64,000 nucleotides of DNA from Myxococcota bacterium (GTDB lineage Bacteria; Myxococcota_A; UBA9160; UBA6930). The position numbers and the translations under genes are program-made. The DNA lies in contig OZ245015.1 in assembly GCA_965223705.1 (NCBI GenBank), positions 1,760,001 through 1,824,000 of the forward strand. The letters are read 5' to 3'. Below are positions 59,099-64,000 of the stretch, one piece after another (the stretch's first letter is position 1; each line of letters starts with the position of its first letter). Below the pieces are notes generated by a model. That model made no database searches, was not told where the DNA came from, and saw nothing but the letters and a program-made list of their open reading frames with translations.

Positions 59099-59135
59099 GT
59101 TGACAGGTATATTCCTTTCGCATATACATGTCAAC
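59099..59135. promoter_or_regulatory. Symmetric divergent promoter/operator of the storage-lipid locus
   Basis: GTTGACAGGTATAT-N9-ATATACATGTCAAC (13/14 inverted repeat), giving TTGACA-N17-TATAC(A/C) on both strands. Confidence 0.8.
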
Positions 59136-59187
59136 ACATAAACCTTCCATCGGCCAAAGAGCCGTTTCAACCACGAGGAACACCAGC

Positions 59188-59643
59188 ATGGCGACGAAGC
59201 GCACGAAGAAGACCGAGACTTCCCCGATCGAGCGATACCTCGATCTCGCGTTGGAGAACCAGGCCGCCTTTGAGAAGGAGATGGACGGTGTCCGCAAGCG
59301 AACCGCCAAGATGACGAACCTGCTCTCCGAGCAGTTGCGCGAGAGCCAGCGCGGGGCGCTCTCCTTGACGAAGGAAATCGCCGGGCACCCGACGGATTTC
59401 GCCGCGAACTCGAAGGCGATGATGGATGCCGCGATGGAGGCCCAGACGCGAGCACTCGACTTCGCGAAAGACCTCTACAAAGAGCAGATGGACGCCGCCA
59501 GGGCCGCTCGCAACTCGATGGAGAAGCTCGTCGAAAGCTCCCGAGAGGCCGCGGGCGTCGCTACGGAGTTCGGAGAATGGTTCACCGCGCAGAACCCGAT
59601 GGCCGACGCCTGGGAAAAAGGCATGGCCGCTTTTCGCAACTAG
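59188..59643 (+). CDS. Phasin-like helical protein
   Basis: 151 aa, Ala/Glu/Lys-rich and amphipathic-looking, no TM; GAGG SD; divergent from the PHA operon. The function call rests on context. Confidence 0.6.
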   Translation: MATKRTKKTETSPIERYLDLALENQAAFEKEMDGVRKRTAKMTNLLSEQLRESQRGALSLTKEIAGHPTDFAANSKAMMDAAMEAQTRALDFAKDLYKEQMDAARAARNSMEKLVESSREAAGVATEFGEWFTAQNPMADAWEKGMAAFRN

Positions 59644-59682
59644 CGCTCAACCGGTCTAGCAAGTCGAGCTGACAGAGAGTGA

Positions 59683-60483
59683 GTGGTTGTGGCGAGCGCG
59701 ATTGATCCCGAGCAGCGGGCGGGGTTCGGCGACCCGTTTGAGTTCGACGCGGCGATCGAGCACGTCAACACGCCGATTTGGCGCGAGGCGCTGTGGCCCG
59801 TCGAATGGCTACAGCTCCGCTTGAGCCCCGTGTTCTACGGGCGCGACGTCCCGCACGGACGCGGCGAGCCGGTCCTCCTGATCCCCGGATTTCTGTCCAA
59901 CGACATCACGTTGTTCGACATGTACCGGTGGCTCTATCGGGTCGGCTACAAGCCGCATCTCTCGCGCATCAGCTTCAACGTTGACTGCCCCAACGAGACC
60001 GCGAAGCAGCTCGCGCTGCGCGTGCAGGCGATTCGCAAGAAGACAGGACAGCGCGTCCGCATTGTCGGCCACAGCTTGGGCGGCATGTTGGCGCGAAGCC
60101 TCGTCCAGAGAATTCCGGAAGACATCGATCGAATCGTCACCCTCGGCTCCCCATTCCGAGACCTGGTGAAAGCGCATCCGGCTGTCGTGGGCCTCTGGGA
60201 TCACCTGAAGGCGGCGAGGGGGGACTTGATCGGGCGCAACCTTCGCCCTTCTTGCGCGACGGGTCACTGTCTCTGCACGTTTGTCGCGAACATACTCGAT
60301 CCGGACCCGCGCGATGTGCCCCAGTACGCGATCTACTCGCCGCGCGACGGCGTCGCCCACTGGGAGAGTTGTATCAACGACGATCCGGCGATGAACTTCG
60401 CTGTGGACTGCACGCACATCGGCATGGCATTCCACGCCGGTGTCTACCGGGTTGTCGCGGAGCGCTTGCACGAAGCGAAATGA
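59683..60483 (+). CDS. Alpha/beta hydrolase (lipase/esterase)
   Basis: PVLLIPGF, GHSLGG, VTLGSP, DGVA, THIGM. Confidence 0.9.
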   Translation: MVVASAIDPEQRAGFGDPFEFDAAIEHVNTPIWREALWPVEWLQLRLSPVFYGRDVPHGRGEPVLLIPGFLSNDITLFDMYRWLYRVGYKPHLSRISFNVDCPNETAKQLALRVQAIRKKTGQRVRIVGHSLGGMLARSLVQRIPEDIDRIVTLGSPFRDLVKAHPAVVGLWDHLKAARGDLIGRNLRPSCATGHCLCTFVANILDPDPRDVPQYAIYSPRDGVAHWESCINDDPAMNFAVDCTHIGMAFHAGVYRVVAERLHEAK

Positions 60484-60493
60484 GGCTGTCCCT

Positions 60494-61954
60494 ATGCAGC
60501 AACTCTCGGCGGTCGATACGAGTTTTCTGTCGATCGAAACGGCAACGACGTTCGGCCACGTCGCTTCCCTGACCCTTTATGACGGGGCGACGTTCTCTCC
60601 GGGAACCGCATACCCCTCGATCCGCAACCACATCGCGGATCGACTTCCTCTGCTCGAACCGTTTCGGCGACGCCTCGTCGAGGTGCCCTTCGGACTCGAC
60701 CTGCCGTACTGGATCCGCGACCCGGATTTCGATCTCGACTTTCACGTCCGGCACATCGCGGTTCCGCCGCCGGGCGATTCGGAACAGCTCGCGGAGCTGA
60801 CCGCACGGATTATCGCTCGCCCGCTCGATCGCGGGAAGCCGCTCTGGGAGCTCTACATCATCGAGGGCCTTGAGAGCGGCGACGTCGCCATGCTCTTCAA
60901 GATGCATCATGCGACGATCGACGGGAAATCGGGCATGGAGCTCTGGCAGACGCTGCTGACTACCGACCGCGATGCTCCTCCGATCGAAACGAAAGAAGAA
61001 GAACCCGCGGAAGCCGTTCCCGCGCCTTGGGAGCTTTTAGCGAAAAGCTACGCCTCGATGTGGATGCGGCCGGCGCAAGCGTGGCAGATTCAGCAACAGT
61101 CCTATCGGGCTCTCGGCGAGTTCTTGACCGGGCGTCGCGGAGATCTCCCGTCGCTGCTTTCCGCGGCCCAGAAAGCGCTCGGCCTGGGAGCCTCGACGAA
61201 TCCGCTCGACGGTTACGGGAATTCCCCCGCGCCGCCGACTCCGTTCAATCGAGCCATTACGCCTCATCGCCGTGTGGCCTGGTGCGATCTCTCGCTCGGG
61301 GAACTCAAGCGCGTGAAAAACGCGTTCGGTACGACGCTGAACGACGTCGTGATGGCGATCTGCGGCGGTGCCCTTCGGCGGTATCTCGAGCGTCACGACG
61401 CTCTACCCACACGCCCGCTCATCGCCATGGTGCCGGTCTCGATCCGCACCGGCGGTGAGGAGGACACGTACAGCAATCGTGTCAGCGGCATGTTGGCCGA
61501 GATCGCGACGGACGAGCCCGACGCCGCCACCCGGCTCGCGCGCTGCCGTGACGCGATGCGCGGGTCGAAGACGCTGAGCGAAGCCATTCCCGCCGATATC
61601 CTTCAGGACTTCGCGCGCTTCGCCCCGCCCGCGGTCACCGCGCAAGCGTCTCGCTTCGCCGCCGGCCTACGACTCGCAGATCGGGTCGACTCGCCGGTCA
61701 ACGTGGTGATTTCCAACGTCCCCGGGCCGCGGGAGCCCCTCTACGTGGCGGGCGCAGAGCTCAAAGCCATGATCCCGGTTTCAACCGTCGCCGACGGGTT
61801 GGGTCTCAACATCACGGTCATCAGCTACCGGGATCGCCTCGATTTCGGCTTCGTGTCGTGTCGCGAGCTGCTGCCCGATTTGTGGGACCTTGCCGACGAC
61901 GTCGTCGAAGCCTTCCGGGAGCTCGAGCGCGCCGTGAGCGTTCCGGACAGCTAA
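60494..61954 (+). CDS. Wax ester synthase / diacylglycerol acyltransferase (WS/DGAT)
   Basis: PLDRGKPLWE, HHATIDG catalytic motif, TLNDVV, SNVPGP. Confidence 0.95.
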   Translation: MQQLSAVDTSFLSIETATTFGHVASLTLYDGATFSPGTAYPSIRNHIADRLPLLEPFRRRLVEVPFGLDLPYWIRDPDFDLDFHVRHIAVPPPGDSEQLAELTARIIARPLDRGKPLWELYIIEGLESGDVAMLFKMHHATIDGKSGMELWQTLLTTDRDAPPIETKEEEPAEAVPAPWELLAKSYASMWMRPAQAWQIQQQSYRALGEFLTGRRGDLPSLLSAAQKALGLGASTNPLDGYGNSPAPPTPFNRAITPHRRVAWCDLSLGELKRVKNAFGTTLNDVVMAICGGALRRYLERHDALPTRPLIAMVPVSIRTGGEEDTYSNRVSGMLAEIATDEPDAATRLARCRDAMRGSKTLSEAIPADILQDFARFAPPAVTAQASRFAAGLRLADRVDSPVNVVISNVPGPREPLYVAGAELKAMIPVSTVADGLGLNITVISYRDRLDFGFVSCRELLPDLWDLADDVVEAFRELERAVSVPDS

Positions 61955-62025
61955 AACGTGAGCGAGCCAAAGAACGAACGAGTCCAGGCAGACTTGTTGG
62001 CTGGGGATCTTCTCGCGCCATCGGT

Positions 62026-63018
62026 GTGGAGCGACCGAAAATAGCAAGGCTGCAGTCCAGAGAGGCGAGACCGCTTCTGACACGTGATCTCCTCGGGGTC
62101 GGTCTTTTCGTCGGTGGCTACATGGTCGCCGCCGTGATCCGCGCCGCTTATGCCCGCAACGTCGAGTTCCTGTTCTACATCGCCGTGATGGTGATGTTGA
62201 TCGGGGCACTCCTTTGGGTTCATCACAGGATCGCGCTGTCGCGAGGGCTCCTGTGGGCGCTCGCCGTATGGGGCGCCCTGCACATGGCGGGTGGGCTGAT
62301 CCCCGTCCCCGAGCATTGGCCAATCGACGGAGACATCCGAGTGCTCTACAGCTGGTGGATCCTCCCGAAGCTCAAGTACGACCAGGTGACCCATGCGTAC
62401 GGTTTCGGGGCGACGACTTGGCTCTGTTGGCAGGGGCTCCGCGGAGCACTGGCCGACTACCGTTGCGGCAAAGAAGTGCGGCCCACACTCGGCCTGCTGG
62501 TGATTGTCGCTGCGGCGGGATGCGGGTTCGGCGCCTTGAACGAAGTGGTCGAGTTCTTCGCGACGCGCTTCACCGTCACGAACGTCGGCGGCTACGAGAA
62601 CACTCATCCACGCACTTGGCGCGGTGACCGGCGAACGTGTGCGCCGCCCGAGACGCAGCAACGAGCTAGAACTCACCGTCGAGGCTGGGATCTCGTGTAC
62701 AACGCACTTGGCGCGGTGACGGCGGCAGCACTCATCTACGTGTGCGCCGCCCGAGACAGCAAAAGCGAAGAGCAGCCGTCGACTCAGTCGGCGTGGCGAT
62801 CAGTCTTCGCGGTGATTTTGCCGTGTCGGCAAACTTTTCGATGTCCCGGGCGATCACGGCTCCCATCCGTGGTGAAGAAGCGCGACTTCAAATCATCCAA
62901 ACCGGCGAATCCGCACAACGAAAAACCGTCGATGTCGAGACCTCGGATACGGTGCATAACACTCAGCTGCACGTGGTGGGTCATGTGTCCGTGGTGCTCC
63001 AACGCGAGCGGAGCATGA
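62026..63018 (+). pseudogene. DUF2238-like membrane protein disrupted by a 78-nt insertion and lacking its normal stop
   Basis: LHMAGG, YDQVTH, NEVVEF, GGYENT-[26-aa insert]-GWDL; reads through the convergent gene. Start uncertain; may be a sequence error. Confidence 0.7.
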
Positions 63019-63326
63019 ACGTCGCGCCAGTGCGCATCACACTCCTCGTGGGTTTTTTTCGGGTGATGCACTACCGAGAACAGCGCGTAGACTGCCGCGT
63101 CGCCGGCTTTGATGAGTCGGCGACAGACGACGTAGAGGCCGATATCCGCCGCCCGGTCGAAGCGACGGAGGTCGTCGCTGATACCGGTCACGAGGGCGGC
63201 GTAGGGCAATGCGGCGTCGGTTCGGCCATCTGCGTACAGCGTGCCGCCCAGTTCCCGTGCGAGGTCGGTTGCGGCGCCGACGTCGCTACAAGCGGCGGCG
63301 AATTCCAGAGTGTGGGGTTCCGTCAT
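62784..63326 (-). pseudogene. EthD-domain protein with a frameshift near 62860
   Basis: THEECDAHWRDVHAPLA motif; a family-like tail (AVIARDIEKFADTAKSPRRL) lies in another frame. Confidence 0.7.
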
Positions 63327-63713
63327 GGCAAGGAGCAGTGTAGCGAGACGTGCGGTTGAAATCGCTGCAACCTGTCGCGGCTGCGAGGCGGTTCAGACGC
63401 CGCCCGGATGACGCGTTTCGCTGGGCGAGGGGGAAGGGCGGTAGCAAGGTCGTTCACCCGTTGATATCAGGAGCACATCTGATGCGTCCGCGAAACCGAC
63501 GATACGCTCAAAAGCCGGTTCTGCATTCCGTGTGTCCGCACTCGCAACGCTCCACTTGAATCCGACCATCGACGTGCTCACGTTCACAATAGTCACTGCA
63601 GTAAGCACGTTGGCCGTCGCCTCCGCACGAACAAGCGGGGTTGAGACAATTGCCTTCGCTTGCGGGTTCCATTTTCTTTTCCCTGTTTCGTGAGGGCCGC
63701 CGGCGCGAATGAT

Positions 63714-64000
63714 CTAGCTTTTCTTGATTCCTTCTCCACCCGCGTTGTCGAGGATTTCTTTGACCGTGCTGACATTCTCATCGGTGACGTCGACGCCGAC
63801 GAGAATGTCGCCCTTCTCCAGACGTTCGGAGTTCACCTTCGCCTCATGTTCCGGCATCCCGGCGCCAATCAGGCCGCCGATCAACCCGCCCGCGGCGGCT
63901 CCTGCGCCTCCACCGGCCAACGCGGCGACGATCGGTCCGGCGGCTACGATCCCAGCGCCTCCCGTCGCAATGGTGCCTACGCCGACGAGGCCGGCGACAA
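63714..64000 (-). CDS. General stress / YflT-like Gly-rich membrane protein, 3' part
   Basis: VAAGPIVAALAGGGAGAAAGGLIGGLIGAGMPEHEAK...GDILVGV; frame open to the window end. Confidence 0.85.
   Translation of the reverse strand, partial: VAGLVGVGTIATGGAGIVAAGPIVAALAGGGAGAAAGGLIGGLIGAGMPEHEAKVNSERLEKGDILVGVDVTDENVSTVKEILDNAGGEGIKKS

Noticed and set aside
62605..62790. DGR template/variable repeat pair
   Set aside because: Differences are indels and rearrangements rather than adenine-specific substitutions, and no reverse transcriptase is in the window.
63393..63608. 71-aa minus-strand ORF in the last intergenic region
   Set aside because: No SD or recognisable motif; cannot be supported as a gene.

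Overview
A GC-rich bacterial chromosomal window, probably Myxococcota or a related deltaproteobacterial lineage (inferred only from gene orders such as secA-argJ-rpsB, ilvC-psd-pssA-leuA and rplM-rpsI-argC). Positions 1-24 kb are accessory metabolic genes: an LLM oxidoreductase with an unannotated 34-aa upstream ORF, an orphan RnfD/NqrB-like gene overlapping DUF2330, a DsbA-DUF2182-DUF1326-TPR-monooxygenase-SSS run, an atypical CoA-transferase-fold pair, HDOD, M20 peptidase, SPFH/zinc-ribbon, esterase, cyclase and a methyltransferase pair. Positions 24-53.4 kb are housekeeping genes from rarA to pyrG. The most notable system is at 56.5-62 kb: a Bacillus-like PhaQ regulator, a small PhaE/PhaR subunit, PhaC and a GNAT, transcribed divergently across a nearly symmetric double promoter from a phasin-like gene, a lipase and a wax ester/triacylglycerol synthase. 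Positions 62.0-63.3 kb are locally scrambled and frameshifted, possibly an assembly artefact. No rRNA, tRNA, CRISPR array, integrase or transposase was recognised. All calls come from reading motifs by eye; no database search was run.
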